NCBI GenBank assembly: GCA_003971905.1
Contig: RSEE01000031.1
Location: 62,001 to 126,000 of the forward strand
Direction of reading: 5' to 3'
DNA: 64,000 nucleotides
Origin: Moniliella sp. 'wahieum'
Taxonomy: Eukaryota
A model generated the notes under the pieces. It did not search any database. It was given only the letters and a program-made list of their open reading frames with translations, and was not told the DNA's origin. This document shows, piece after piece, positions 37,180 through 49,829 of the stretch. Numbering within the stretch: position 1 is the stretch's first letter; each line of letters begins with the position of its first letter. Both the position numbers and the translations under genes were made by a program.

Positions 37180-39130
37180 GATGAGATCGATGATCGAGTA
37201 TCGATGATCACGATCATGGGCTTGAAGCTATTATGCTGGCTATGTCTCGGCCCTTGTCAGGGCCTATCGGAACCTGTCGGAGCCTGTCGGAGTCTGTCGG
37301 AGCCAAGGAAAAAATGCATGCTGCCTTGAATTTCGACGGCGGAAACCTACATCGGCGTTAGGAGGATCCCTCATCGATGAGGGGTACCAGGAGACACCAG
37401 GGGACACCAGAGGTTCGGTAACCCTAGGACGCCACACCCAATCGACGGCAGAAACCATATAATCGCCGTTCCTTTTCTTTTCTTCTTTTTCTTAGGGATG
37501 GCGACTCAGCCAACGCTCAGTTTCCGTCGTTAGTGCTTAGTACTTAGTGCAGACCTGTGGGTCCCTTAAGCCTTCCTCACCTGAGGGCCTGAGTATGAGT
37601 ACGAATACCGAGTACTCTACATTGAGTGTACTGAGTACCGAGTCTCAATACTGTGAGAGGTACTGAACGTACTCTGGGATCTGAGTATCGATCATCTCAC
37701 GCGTTTAGCGGTCACCAGGTCACGCGCGCTACGCCAAGTGTGGCGTCTGCTGTAAGTTGCTAGTTACTAGTCACTAGCACTTCGTTGTACCGAATTCTGG
37801 CTGGGAGTTTCGCGTTTTTTTCTTCAAAAAAATCATAATGCATGTGCCAGGCTCGTCAAAAGAATCCTTCAAGCTTACTCAGGTACTCAGGGCCTCAGGC
37901 CTCAGGGCTTGAGCCTCAGGGGCTTGAAGCTTGAGGGCTCAGTGACGGGTTCCATGGTTACACGGTTACGCCGGTTACGCCTGTGGCTACCCCCTCTGTT
38001 ACGCGCCCCACGCCCCGTTAAACGTTAAACTTAAACCCTCGGGGCCTCCGGGCCTCAGAGACCTTAAACCCGTGGCGTGTGAGTACTGACTGAGTGGGGA
38101 AGCGGGGAGGTATGATGGATGATGCATGTCAAGCCTATCGATGATGAGACCACTTTGCCTCGAGTGGTCTGCGCGCGGAGAGTTGGGAAGCTTGTATTGC
38201 AAGTAGAAGCTAGAAGGCAGACCGATTATTGATTGAGTACTTGTTCTATAGTTAAGCTAGTTACCGAGCATCAAAAACGCTTGGTGTGTGTGCTGTGGGA
38301 GTTGCCAAAGCGGGATACGGATACAGGCCCAAGCTCCAAGATCCAAGCTCCAAGCTCTAAGTCCAATCCAATCCCTCAAGCGACATGGTAACTCCTCTGA
38401 TCTGATCGATCTGATCCCCAAAACAAGATGCGCCCCCAAGTCGTAGATAGCGCCGATGTCTGCGATCTGCCACACTCGGGTCACTAGGATCACACATGTC
38501 ACCTGTCGCATGCCACATGTCACATGTCACACGGCTGAGAGGTCCTAGCTAGCTTCAAGTTTCAAGCTCTTCAATCTTCACCGGTCACCGGTTCACCCTT
38601 CCAGCTTCGAGCTTAGTCACGTGTCACGCGTCACGTGCACCCCTTTTCGCGGTCATCACAGTTACTAGTTACAGGCCGTCATGGTCTTATTGGCGCCAAC
38701 GCAATTCGCCCGACGGAAGGATGGAGGGCGAGGCGGGTCGGTTGGTCGATGGATGCTGCAACGAATGATCTGACTATACGCAGGTGAGTACTGAGTCGAT
38801 GATCGATGATCTCGATGATCGATCAAACGTGAAACGTCCGGCTGTATATGGTGCATGGGCGTGAACGTTAAGTACGTTAAAAGCGGGAGACGGATGGACA
38901 TGCTGAAGCTTGAAGCTTGAAGCTTGATTAATGATTCCTCGGTGAAGCGCATGGACACCCGGGACTTCACACGGGACTAGCAACCGAGGCAGGCAGCCTT
39001 GGGCTGGTCAGCAAGTTGCCAGCGCGGCTGACACACTGACGGGTGGGTGGCAGGAGCGCGCAGAACTGAGATACTGGGAACTGAGCGAGGCCTCCTCTGG
39101 CCTGCATGGCTTGAAGCTTGAAGCTTGAGA
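37180..39130. repeat. second non-coding tract rich in palindromic 7-mer words
   Basis: Tandem atcgatg, agtactc, aggcctc, acatgtc, accggtc and aagcttg units. Confidence 0.8.
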
Positions 39131-39628
39131 CGAAATCGGAGAGCTGAGCGCGGAGCGGGCGAGGGCGATGCGGACAGTCGCCTGGGGCCTCGGGAGTGCT
39201 TTGCTCGGCGGCGGCTGGGAGCGATGGAGGGACGGAGGGATGGCGATGATGGCGGCGATGGATGATGCATGGGGCAGTTGCATGTTGGCCCAGAATGCAC
39301 ACTGCCGCCGCTGCGCAGCTCCACCCTGGCTGCTGCAGGCGGCGGGGCTTGCATCTGGCCCCATGTGCCTGCGCCATCACCCACAGCCCGCGCCGCTCAC
39401 CCGTGGCGTGTCACGTGCTGCTCGCACCAGGCCGCAGCGCAGACGCACCGTCCATCCAGGCTGTCTTCCCTGCCTGCTCTGCCACCCAGTGCATAAAGGC
39501 TCTCGGCCGGCGCGCTGCTTTCCTTCCTCTCTGCGACCTTTGACACCACCTCCTCCCGCCCTCGCCCCCGCCGCTACCACCCCCACCACCGTCGTCCCCG
39601 TCACTGCCACGACGTTTTCTCAGCCGCC

Positions 39629-41643
39629 ATGTACGTTCGGTCTCCCTCTGCTTCCCCTGCGGTAGATGTTGTCTCTCTTCCTTCTGCTCATATATGTACG
39701 GGGTGGGTACTGACCATATAATTCCTTCCGTTTGCGCAGGCACTTGTGTACGCTCGCCCTCCCTCCCACACCGTCTCAATTTCCGGTGTGCCCTCTGCCT
39801 TGCTGCTAACCTCTCTTTCTCTCCCCCTCTCCCTCTCCCACCCGCAGACGGAGCGATCGTGTTCAATCAGGACAAATCCACACGGCGTATACCCCTTCTG
39901 GCCGCCTGGGACCTGAGTCCCTTTAGCTGGTTGCACCGGCAGCAGATGCAAGACGAAATGACCACCGTTGCCAAGGTACGTTGCCTCTTGTTTGGGGTCT
40001 GTCTTTGTCTAACGTCTACCTGTATCTGCCCACCTAGGAACTCGCCGAAGAAACCAACCCCAACGACCAAGTCCAGCTCGAAGCCGACGACTTTCTTGCC
40101 CTCTCGTCCGGGCGACCGGTGGAAGATGAGCTGTGTGGGGTGATACTGACGGACCACGAGTACCCGCGCGACGTGGCGATTGCTGTGCTGGACAAGATGC
40201 TGGAGGAAATGGCGGTGCGGGTGCCCAAGGCGCGGTACCAAGGTCTGATTGCGCAGCTGGTGACGCAAAAGCCACAAGACTTCCTACCTGGTCGGGTGGG
40301 CGGAGCGCCCGTGTCGGCCCAGCCAGAAGGGGAGGAAGACTTACTCAGTGCGGCGGGCTGGGGCACGGGGTGCATGCCTCGCCTCGGCGACTCGGACAGC
40401 TTTGACCCGATGCAAGCGGAATTTGACCGTCGTCAGGCCGAAGGGCACCGGGTGGGCATTGATGAGCCCATTTTAGTTGCCGCGCTGGAATTTCCTTCGG
40501 CGCAACAGTACTTGACGCGGTACCAAGACGTGGAATTGGCGCATGCTCTGGCGCGGGAACAGTTTGAGTCACGTACGACGGGTGGGAGGGCGTTTGGGAT
40601 CGCCTCTGGTCGGTCGCCGAACAAGAAACGGTCATTTTTAGCCCGTCGTCGTGCTCGTGCGCCCCGCTCTGGTCCCGAACCTGACGTGCGTCCCATCTCC
40701 TTCCGCACGGCTCAGTACCAATTCGCAATGGCCGCCAACCCGCGACGATGCATGTACTGGCGCCTGCTGTGCCTGAAGACGTGCCCTTGCCACCCGCTCC
40801 TTCTCCTTCCCGCATTCCGCCCGTCAACGCCTTCCCATCTTCTTCTACGACCGGGCCACAAACCGCATCGCCGCGACGGAGCACACTTTCTGGTCCCTCC
40901 CTCGCCCCGCCCGTACCCATGCCGTCCGATGTGAACTTGCGTGCGCGCAGTGCGACGGTTGGGGTCGGCGGGCCCACTCCACCCTCGACGCTGGGCTCGG
41001 CGCTGCAGAACGCGGTGCCAGCGCCGGACGAAACCGAGGGCCCAGGGGGGAGCAGTGTGAAAGCGAGTCTGAGTACGTTGCGTTCGATGAACACTGGGGT
41101 CCTGTTGTCTCCCACGCCCGATTCGGGCGTGACGAGCGAGACGGAGGAAGATAATGTACGTACGCCCACGCCTCTGGCTAGTTTGGGTGCGGTGCGTGCT
41201 GCGCTCGCATCCGCCTCCTCCTCGCCTCGTTCGACCCGGGCACATCGGTTGCACGCTAAAGCGCTAGATCCCTTGGTGCAACCTGAAGAACCGGCGTCGA
41301 TGATTCTGGAACGTCGGGTACCCGTTCCGCCCATGCTGCAAGAGGAAGAGGAAGACGCCGAGGGAGCAAGCCACGGTTTCCCACCCTCCTCCCTTCAACT
41401 GGGAGGAACAAGTACCATACTGCTCCTCCTACGCGGGCTCCGAATACTCCTGTAACTCCGTCTTCCGCCACAACGATGGTCCGTTCCGAGCGCCGCAACT
41501 CGCAACTCTCCACCCTCACCCCCGCGCCACGCTAACGAGCTGCCGGGCCGGCAGGTGCATGGGGCAGTAGCTCGCTTCGGCTCGCTGTGCCCGGTCGCAA
41601 GCGGGCAGCGACCGAGGGGGAGGAGAACTGTGTGGTGATGTAA
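39629..41643 (+). CDS. divergent Ykt6-like longin-domain protein, apparently without SNARE motif, possible C-terminal CaaX
   Basis: Splicing introns 39631-39739, 39748-39847 and 39976-40037 gives MHLYGAIVFNQDK...AAWDLSPFSWLHRQQMQDEMTTVAKELAEET...LCGVILTDHEYPRDVAIAVLDKMLEE...FPSAQQYLTRYQD, which resembles the Ykt6 longin. A low-complexity tail follows, ending GRKRAATEGEENCVVM* at 41643. Confidence 0.7.
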
Positions 41644-42145
41644 GATGCAACGTCCTCTCCCTCGCCTCGCTCCACCGTGGCACAATTGCCCATTGCTTTC
41701 TTTCTCTTGCCTTGTTTCTGCAGTAGGTTGGGCCTTCGTACCCTTCCATGCACACACTCCTTTTCTCTTTTGGATCCCAAGCGCCGATTCTGGCGCTAAA
41801 TTGTGACCCAGTGGTTGTGACCAGCGGTCCGAGCTTCGATTAGCTTGGCCGTTGCTTCACCGTAACCACAAGGGGTCGACTCCTACCGTACTTTTCCTAG
41901 GCTCATACCCTCCTTCGTTGCTTTACTTTTTTTGCCTCCTTATGTGCACCCTGCTCCCTCTTGCCCGACTGGCTTCCAGTTTGTACTTCCATGCGTTGTG
42001 CGCATGTGTACCTCCTATTCCATACTATCACCACCAGGTCTTGTGTTCCCCATAGCAGAATCGATCGTGTCTTGTGCGTCCTGTATCATTCCCACAATTA
42101 CAGTTACACGTACACGCACAGGTACACGTACAGTTGCAGGTACAG

Positions 42146-43649
42146 TTACCGATCGATCTCGCCTGCATGCTGCACAATCCATGCGCGCTTGCGACTGAAC
42201 GCATCGCTGTTGGGAACATCGACAAACAGTTTGCTGAACTGGAAAGTACCTTTCTCGTCCTGTTGTTGTATTGTAGGTTGTAGCCGCGCCGCGTTGGTAC
42301 CAACACCCCCCAGAATCCGTCAGTCTCAGCATCCCACATTTCATAATCGTGTTCATGTTCGTGCTCATGACCGCTTCGCCATGGGGACAACCAACGTACC
42401 TTGCGCAACTCTCCATGCACCTCTCCGCTCGTCCACGTTCCCGCCTCCTGAGGACGTGAGGCAGAGCGAACCACGTCGCCGGCGCCACGAGTGAGACCTA
42501 CAAAGCTAGCCATCGCACCTCCGATCCAGCGTCCCGGGACGTGATACCAACTTTCCGCTGGCGGTGGGGCCAAGAGCGCTTCCTCAGCTTGCCACTGGGC
42601 TAAGGAAGCAGCATGTCGATTGGCCTTGGCTTGGAGGACTTGCAATCGCCGTGCCTCGTCGTCGGTGGTGGCGGCGACATGGTCATCGTACCAGTCCAGG
42701 GTAGTGTCGTACGCATCGAGTAGTTTGTCCTTGGACCAACTCGCAGCTGCATACACGCCGCTCGAGCCTGTTGGAAATACGTCAGATCTTCGTCCTTGTC
42801 ACGAGCATGGACGATGAACCGGATGCGCATCACTTCTTCCCCCGAGGACGGGTCGGTGAGCAACTGGGACGTGACGGACCGCACGCGGTCGGCCAACGGG
42901 AAGCGACGTGTCGGGGGAAAGTTCAGTTTCGGACGTGTAAAAAGTATAAGGTTGAAGCAAGTACGAGTGCACGGTTTTGCTCTGGGTGACCAACTTGCAC
43001 GCATCCTCATACACCACCGTGGGAATTCTTCGCAAACAGTTCCGTCACGATCGCCCACGTTACCAGCGCGGTCAACAACGCGCCCGCTGTAATAAACGTG
43101 AACCGGGACGAATTCATCGCTCCCCGCACGACTTTTTGGCCGGGGAGATATCGGACCAGCTTGGCCGGCGCCCGTCCAGCGGTCCAAGCGCGAAGGCCGT
43201 GTGTGCGGCATATTCGCCCCCGTACCACCCAACATGCCCATACTCATCGGCCCAGCTCCCGTTGCCGAGTTGCTCAATGCAGCCCGGGCCACGTCACGTA
43301 AAATCCGTTCGTCCTTTAACCCTTTGATTACATCCCCACCCGATCGCGACCCCAGCTCCGCTGCCGAACGCAAATCGGCAAGGACCCTGCGCTGCTCCGC
43401 TTCGAGCTGCGCACGCTCCCGACGAGCTTTCTCCGCCCGGTGCGTTCCGTTGAGGGAGACTTGGCGTTGCGGTCGTTGTGGTTTGGTTATGGTTGTGGTG
43501 TTACTGTTGTCGTCGCTGGACAGGACGGCCTGAACGTGGGCAGAGGTGCGAAGGGGACGGGCCAGGAGCGGGGGCAAGGCCGAAACGCCAACGGCGCCCC
43601 TGAGCAGACGTGGCTGCAGATGGACCAGGACAGAGCGGCAGACAAGCAT
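42146..43649 (-). CDS. TIM21: mitochondrial inner-membrane translocase subunit Tim21
   Basis: Presequence MLVCRSVLVHLQPRLLR; TM FITAGALLTALVTWAIVTELFAKNS; VYEDACKLV; VTSQLLTD...MRIRFIVHA; GTWTSGEVHGELRK, intron ~42260-42399, DEKGTFQFSKLFVDVPNS...DR*. Confidence 0.85.
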
Positions 43650-43922
43650 GGTCGCTTGCAATGGCGCCGAGCGGGACAAGATGGGCGAGCGGTGGATCGA
43701 TCCGGCGCTGGCTGTAGCAGCAGCACTTGAAGCTTCACTTGAAGCTTGCAGCTTGACGGCTAAGCCAGGACGCACGACACGACTTGGCGGAAAGCTTCGA
43801 ACACTCTGCGTTAGGTTGGTGCGTGATCTTCACGGGCCAACCAAGGAAATAGCCCCAATTCCGAGCCACTATTCCGCCGTTCGGCTGAGTGTGACCACAA
43901 CTTGGCCCAACCTCTCACGAAA

Positions 43923-43994
43923 GCCTCTTTGGCTCAATGGTAAGGCGTCGCACTCGTAATGCGAAGATTAGTCGTTCGATTCGGCTAGGAGGCA
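43923..43994 (+). tRNA. tRNA-Thr(CGT), intronless
   Basis: Acceptor stem GCCTCTT/AGGAGGC plus discriminator A; D arm TGGCTCAATGGTAAGGC; anticodon arm TCGCA-CTCGTAA-TGCGA; T loop GTTCGATTC; downstream T6 Pol III terminator. Confidence 0.96.
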
Positions 43995-44388
43995 TAATTT
44001 TTTGTACCCCTCTCCTTTCGCTTGCTTTGGCAGGACATGAAACGGTACCGCGGTGTGGTTCGCCGCGGGGGAGCCTACTGATACAGATGATGTTGATAAG
44101 TACCTATGTACCTGCGTCTGCAGTCCGCACAACCAACATCGCACACATCGCACAATCAAACAAACGATAGATCAACTGCAGAACGCAGATAGATCCGGCT
44201 CCTCGGTATGCTAAGCATGTCGCTTACCCACCCACCCGGCCCAGGCTGAGCGCTCAGCCTGAGCGATCAGAGACTCAGCGCTCAGGCTCAGGGCGCTCAG
44301 GGCAGGCTCAGGACAAGCTCAGAGCAACAACTGCCCCCCCCCCCCCAGCAGGGCAAAGGGCTTGGGGCCCGGGTTAGGGCTCACATTT

Positions 44389-46142
44389 TCACTTTTGACC
44401 GCCCTGAGCAGCTGGGCCGCGAGCGCGCGGGGGCGCAATAGGATTGGAACCTGGGAACGGCACGCGCAAATTCCAATTGCGTTCCAAGTGAAGTTGAACG
44501 TCTCGGACCTCCAATCGGTCAGACTTGCGGTGCTTAGCCAAACGACAAGCCAAGCGCGTGGTGGAATCAATAAACTCATCCGCCAATTCCAGTAACAGAT
44601 CTTCCACTTCCCCCTCGAGCGTTTCGCCCGTGCCAAGTCGCCCAACAGAGACTGGATCCGTCGTTTGGACACTAACCGACCATGGGTACGTAACGAACTG
44701 GTCCCGCTCCCATTCCCATTCCCGGTCCCGACCCACTGCCCCCCGCACCTGCACCTGCACCACCTGAACCGGACGGTAAACCCAATGCCAACTCATCATC
44801 CGACGCATCCGCGTCATCATGCAAGGGTACCTTGCCCGCACTCGTACCGCCCGCCGGGAGGCCCAACAAACTTTCCCAGTCGGCAGCGGGCTTATCGGTG
44901 GCCGATGCGGGAGCGGGAGCGGGCGCGCCCGAAGCAGTGGAAGAAGGTAAGATGTTAGGTCGCTGTACGGGGGGGGCAGCGAGCACCGGTCCAGCAGCAG
45001 ACCTTGGTTCAACGTCGGTCTCGCCCCACGCGGGTTGGGGAACGGTTGGGCAGCTGTGGTCTGGGCGGGAGAGACGTGCAACGTGCTTGGGATCGGGGCG
45101 GAGGTGAGGAACGAAGCCGAGTGACCTGATAGGCCTGGCGTAGCTGCACCCGTGTGGACGCTGCGCTTCCCGCTCGCGCAGGAGGGACCGAAGCACGAGG
45201 TGCTGGTGTACCACCCGTACCCGTAGCTGTACCGGTACGCACCCGCACCGGCCAATGCCGATGTAGGCGGGGGCGAGGCAGCTGCACTAGCTGGCGTGCC
45301 GCTGCGAGCGGGCTGGGCCAAGGGTGCTGTGGTGGGCGCGGCAGTAGGGCGCGGGGAAGGAGCGACGGCCGGTGCGGGAGAAGAAGAGGAAGGCGCCGAG
45401 ACAGGGGTGGAGGAAGTAGGTGCCGAAACAGCTGCTGCGCCAGGCGCCGGGGCCGGGGAAGAGGATGTGGTGGTAGAAGCCGAACCAGCACGGTTGGTCA
45501 GTGCAAAGTACTGTTGTTTGGCCTGTTGGAAAATCTGGAGGTTGCGATCAAATCTTTCTTGCACTGGACCCATTGACGCTGGGTATCGGCCAACTGCGTT
45601 TCGGTCGCAGCTTTTTCTCCCGGGGCAGCCTTGGACGGGGACTCGTTGAACTCGTTAAGTTTGGCCTGGAGCGTCGAGCACTGCGTTTTCAATTGAGATC
45701 CCATGCTCTGCAACTTGGTCAGTGTCTCGCCTCGACTTTGAATGCTTCTGGCCAAAGCCTGCTGTTGCGGCGTAGTGGCTTGGCGCAAAGTACGTGCGGC
45801 CGGGGCAGGCGAAGCCGAGGCCGAAGTCGCCGCTGCAGGCGTCGCGGACGCCGGACGCGTCTCGCCCCCAGGAAGCGTAGGCGTGCTGGCGGGTGCAGCA
45901 GCAGTAGCACGGGCACTAGCTTGGGCCGCAGCTACAGCCTGCTGGTTCTGCGGCCGCTGAAGAACCGTAACAAACGTATGAAGTTTCGACGCCACTTCCG
46001 TCGCTGGGATCCGGCCATTCTGCACCTCGGTAATGAACTGGTCGGCGGCGGCCGGGTATTGCCGCCGGAGAAGAGTGAGCGTCTGGTTCACTTGCTCGCT
46101 CTGCCCGGGGAGAAGAGGGGCGGTAGGGGTGGGGTTGTTCAT
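44389..46142 (-). CDS. TAF12: TFIID/SAGA subunit Taf12
   Basis: C-terminal histone fold LEGEVEDLLLELADEFIDSTTRLACRLAKHRKSDRLEVRDVQLHLERNWNLRVP; Q/A/P-rich N-terminus from MNNPTPTAP. Confidence 0.93.
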
Positions 46143-47467
46143 GCTGCGTAGCCAGATGGCGGGGTGGAAGGGCTGGGCGGTGGCGGTGGCGGTGGCAGCG
46201 GCGGGAGAGAGGAGGGCAGAGGCGTAGCGGAGCACGCGTTGGCTGCGGCTGCGATCATTCCGATGGGCCAGCGAGTAAACGTGGCTGATTTGTTTATTCT
46301 TTTCTTTTTCAATTTCTTTCTTGCGCCAGGTGTCATGCATCATGCATGACATGCCACCGGCACCGCCTTTCGCAATGTGGATTGTTGTAGCATGGCCACC
46401 ACCAGCTGCTGCTGCAGCATCCCCACCACCCCCTCGCCCCTCTCCACCCCACGTGCATCCCCACCGCCATCCTGTCTACCCTGCCCGCGTTCCATCCGCA
46501 CAGACAAAGTCCTGTGCCCCCGGTAAAGCCCAGCAGCTGGGCCGACAAAGACAAACACCAACTGGGGCGCCACACCCGCCTACTCCTTGTCCGTATCCGT
46601 CGTAGAACCCCCCCCCCCACCACCGCCATGACCACGCTGCCTTGGCCGGGAATAAGGCCGAGATAAGGAAAGAAAGTGTACGCTGCTCCTTTCTCTCTGC
46701 GCTTGCTAAATAACCATTTCCATGCGTCTCCACCAAACCAGCACCAGTGAATATTGACCCGGCAGCAGTTTCCTTGCCACAGTAGTATAGGGCTCGTAGT
46801 ACCTCATAGGACTTAGAAGCGCTCTGAATGGTGATGATGACCGGTCATGGGTGGTAGTGATTCAAGCGGGCCCCCGTATCTGCCCAAGCACCGTCCATAC
46901 AGGGCTTTAGGGATACGGCTTGCTGCCCCTGCCCCCTCCACCTCTCCAAAGGCTCGCGTCGCCGCTGGGTACTTTCCTTGGACGATCGATGAGACCTGCA
47001 GTCCGCAAGGTGCTGGAGCGAGACGCAATGGAAATGACATTCCACTAATGGGGGTGGTTTTGGTCTAAGATCTAACGTCTATACGCCAACTAACATCCTC
47101 CCCAAAGGCCCTGTAAGATAGGATGCATTATGGGCTGCTGTAGCTACCCCCTAAGGCCTAACTTGTCTAGCTAGCGTCACGCATCACGTGAGCATCACCC
47201 TTCAACTTTCAATATCAACCCTTGCCTGACGCTTACCTACCTCATCCTCTGGCCTGCCTGCCCTTTGAAATTTGTCATTTGAAGTTTCACGTCAAGCTCT
47301 CAGATCTCAAGCTTGAAGGCGATCAGCGGCTGGCGCGGTCCCAGACTTGGGCGTAGGCGTAGGCTGAGGGAGGGACAGCGCAAGGCTAGCTCTGGTCCAC
47401 CATCTGCCATCCGGCCTGATCCGGTCCCATCTGATCTGCCTCTACCTTTGACCAGACACCCAGTCCC

Positions 47468-48371
47468 ATGTTGGGTACGTGACCGTTCCTGCGGGAAGGG
47501 GGGCTGTGCGCTGCGCGCGCGCTCAAGGGGGGGGGGGACGCAATGCCCAGCCCGACCGGACTGACCTTGCTCTCCTGTCCAGTCGTCGGGTTGACAGGCG
47601 GGATTGCGTCGGGGAAATCGACCGTGTCGCGTGTGTTAGCGGAGGAGCATGGGTTCCCGTGGTGGACCTGGACCAAGTAGCGCGACAAGTGGTGCAGCCT
47701 GGCGAACGAACACTGGACAAGCTTGTCGCGCATTTCGGAGCACACATCCTCCTTCCCGATGGACGTTGGACCGTGCCGCATTGGCCCAGACGGCATTTAG
47801 TTCCGACGAAGGTCGTCGTGCGCTGAACCGCATCACGCATGGCGCGATTCGCCGCCGCGCGCTGTGGCGCGTACTACAGCTATGGTGGACCGGCGCCCAA
47901 GTCGTCGTGGTGGACACGCCGCTGCTGATTGAGTCGGGGCTGTGGCGTCTGTGCGGAGAGGCAGTGTTGGTGTATGCGTCGCCTACGGCGCAGCGGGCGC
48001 GGTTGTTAGCGCGGGACGCCAAGCAGGGCAAGACGGGCCCAGCAGCCGAGAAGGATGCAGACAACCGCTTGGCCAGCCAGGCGCCAATGGAGAGCAAACG
48101 AGTGTATGCGGATGTGGTGCTGGACAACTCGGTGGACGCACCAGAGTTTACCGGGGTCGCGCCGGCGGCGTTACGGGCGCAGGTGGATGCGTTGGTGGCA
48201 AGGTGGCGTAGGTCGTATGGCAGGGGCCTGGGCTGGCTGCGCTGGGCGCTGGCATGGGTCGTGCCGCCCGTGGGGCTGGCACTGGCGGTGGCGGCGGTGG
48301 TGCGGCGGAGTGTGTCGGTGTGGAGCAAGCAGCGAGCCCAACGGGCCAACACGGCTGCTCGGCGCGAATAG
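47468..48371 (+). CDS. CAB5: dephospho-CoA kinase
   Basis: 7-nt coding exon ATGTTGG plus intron 47475-47582 gives MLVVGLTGGIASGKSTVS; LDRAAL..F...RRALNRITH; VVVDTPLLIESG; RLASQAP...ADVVLDNS; C-terminal TM. Confidence 0.93.
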
Positions 48372-49829
48372 CCAATGCGCCGGCTGCTGGCTGCCGGCTG
48401 GCAGGCCGACAGAATGCAACGCGAAGAGATGCTATGGAACGGAGCCCATTGGGCTTAGCGGAGTGGGCACCTGGTTTGAAGGAGGACTGTGGGGGGGGGG
48501 GGTCTACGTAGAGCGCGGAGGAGGTGGGGCCTGAGGGCTTATGCATCATGGGAGCAGGTATGAGGCATGAGATCTGAGAGCATTCCAGGTGAGCGCAAGG
48601 GGGGCTAACCTGGAAGAGGAAGGGCAATGGTAACAGCAGTGAAGCTAGTGACTAGTGACTAGGGGGTGTGCCGACCGACACGCAAGAGCGAGTGGGTGCT
48701 GAGCTGAGGCTGAGCTGAGGCTTGGCGGGGCATGGCATACTGAGGATGGCCGACTGCGACTGGCTAGTGAGGATCGAACGCAAGCGCGACTCGTACTGAC
48801 GCGTATCCTGACGGGTTGGAATGTGCTGGGTGAGGCTGACTGGGACGGTGGGTGAGTAGGGTGCTGGCTGCTGGGCATGCTGGGCGGCGGGGGGGCTGTG
48901 TGGGCTGGGGTTGGCCGTTGGCTCAGCATCTGCGGTTCACGTGCTGGTTGAAATTGCATGTTCAGGGGGCAGTCATGGGAGGGGGATGACGTGCATGACG
49001 CGGGACGCTGGCCAGCCAACGTCCAACCGAGCCCAGAGGGCCAGCCACCCTTCCGCTTCCGGCTGGAGCAGCGCCCGCTCCAGCGCTCCAGGCACCCGTC
49101 AGGAAGGGCGTGCTGCCCAGCCGAAGGGCGGCGCAGCGGCAGTGTGTGCCCCGCCGCCCGCACACGGGCACTGGGCGAGGGCGGGACGCACGTGCCAGTG
49201 CTCGCCCTGCCCGCTGCTGGGCGGCTGGACGGCGGCGTGCGCACGCGACCAGCGCCCCCGTGCGGCGCGGCGCCTGGGACGCTGCGACGCCGATCGACGA
49301 TCGCCCCCCGCACGCCCGCACACGCCAGCACCCAGCGCTGCTCTTGCCGATCCTGGCTGCTGGGCGGGCGGGCAGTGTGTGATGGGCGGGGGGCTGGCGC
49401 CGTGGCGCGTGCTGCGTGGGCACGGCGCCCGTGTCTGCCGCACCCGACACACGCCGCTGCAGGCAGACCTCCGGATGCACGCTGCGCTGAGCCAGGCCAG
49501 TGCCTAGTCACACTAGTCACGCGGCCCGCGTCCCGCCGCAGCTGCGCTGTCCTGCCCAACACGGCAGCTGCCCAGTGCCTGTCGCAGCACTCGGCGCGTT
49601 GGGCGTGTCGGTCGCCTGCTTATAATCCTCCCCGCCGCCTGTCTCTTCTGCACTCCACCGCCCACTCCTTCCGTTCCCTCCCTCCATCTTCCTCCTCCTC
49701 CTCCTCCTCCTCCTCCTCCTCCTCCCTCCTCCTCCTCCCCCCCACCCCCACGTTCTTTATCCTCCACCACACTCTTTGTCTCCCCACCACACTCTTGCCT
49801 CCCCCCCAACCACATTCTTTTTCTCCGCC

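Noticed and set aside
46795..46850. U3 snoRNA-like start (GTACCTCATAGGA...GATGATGA)
   Set aside because: Box A (GGATCATTTCT) is absent and no matching box D structure was found.
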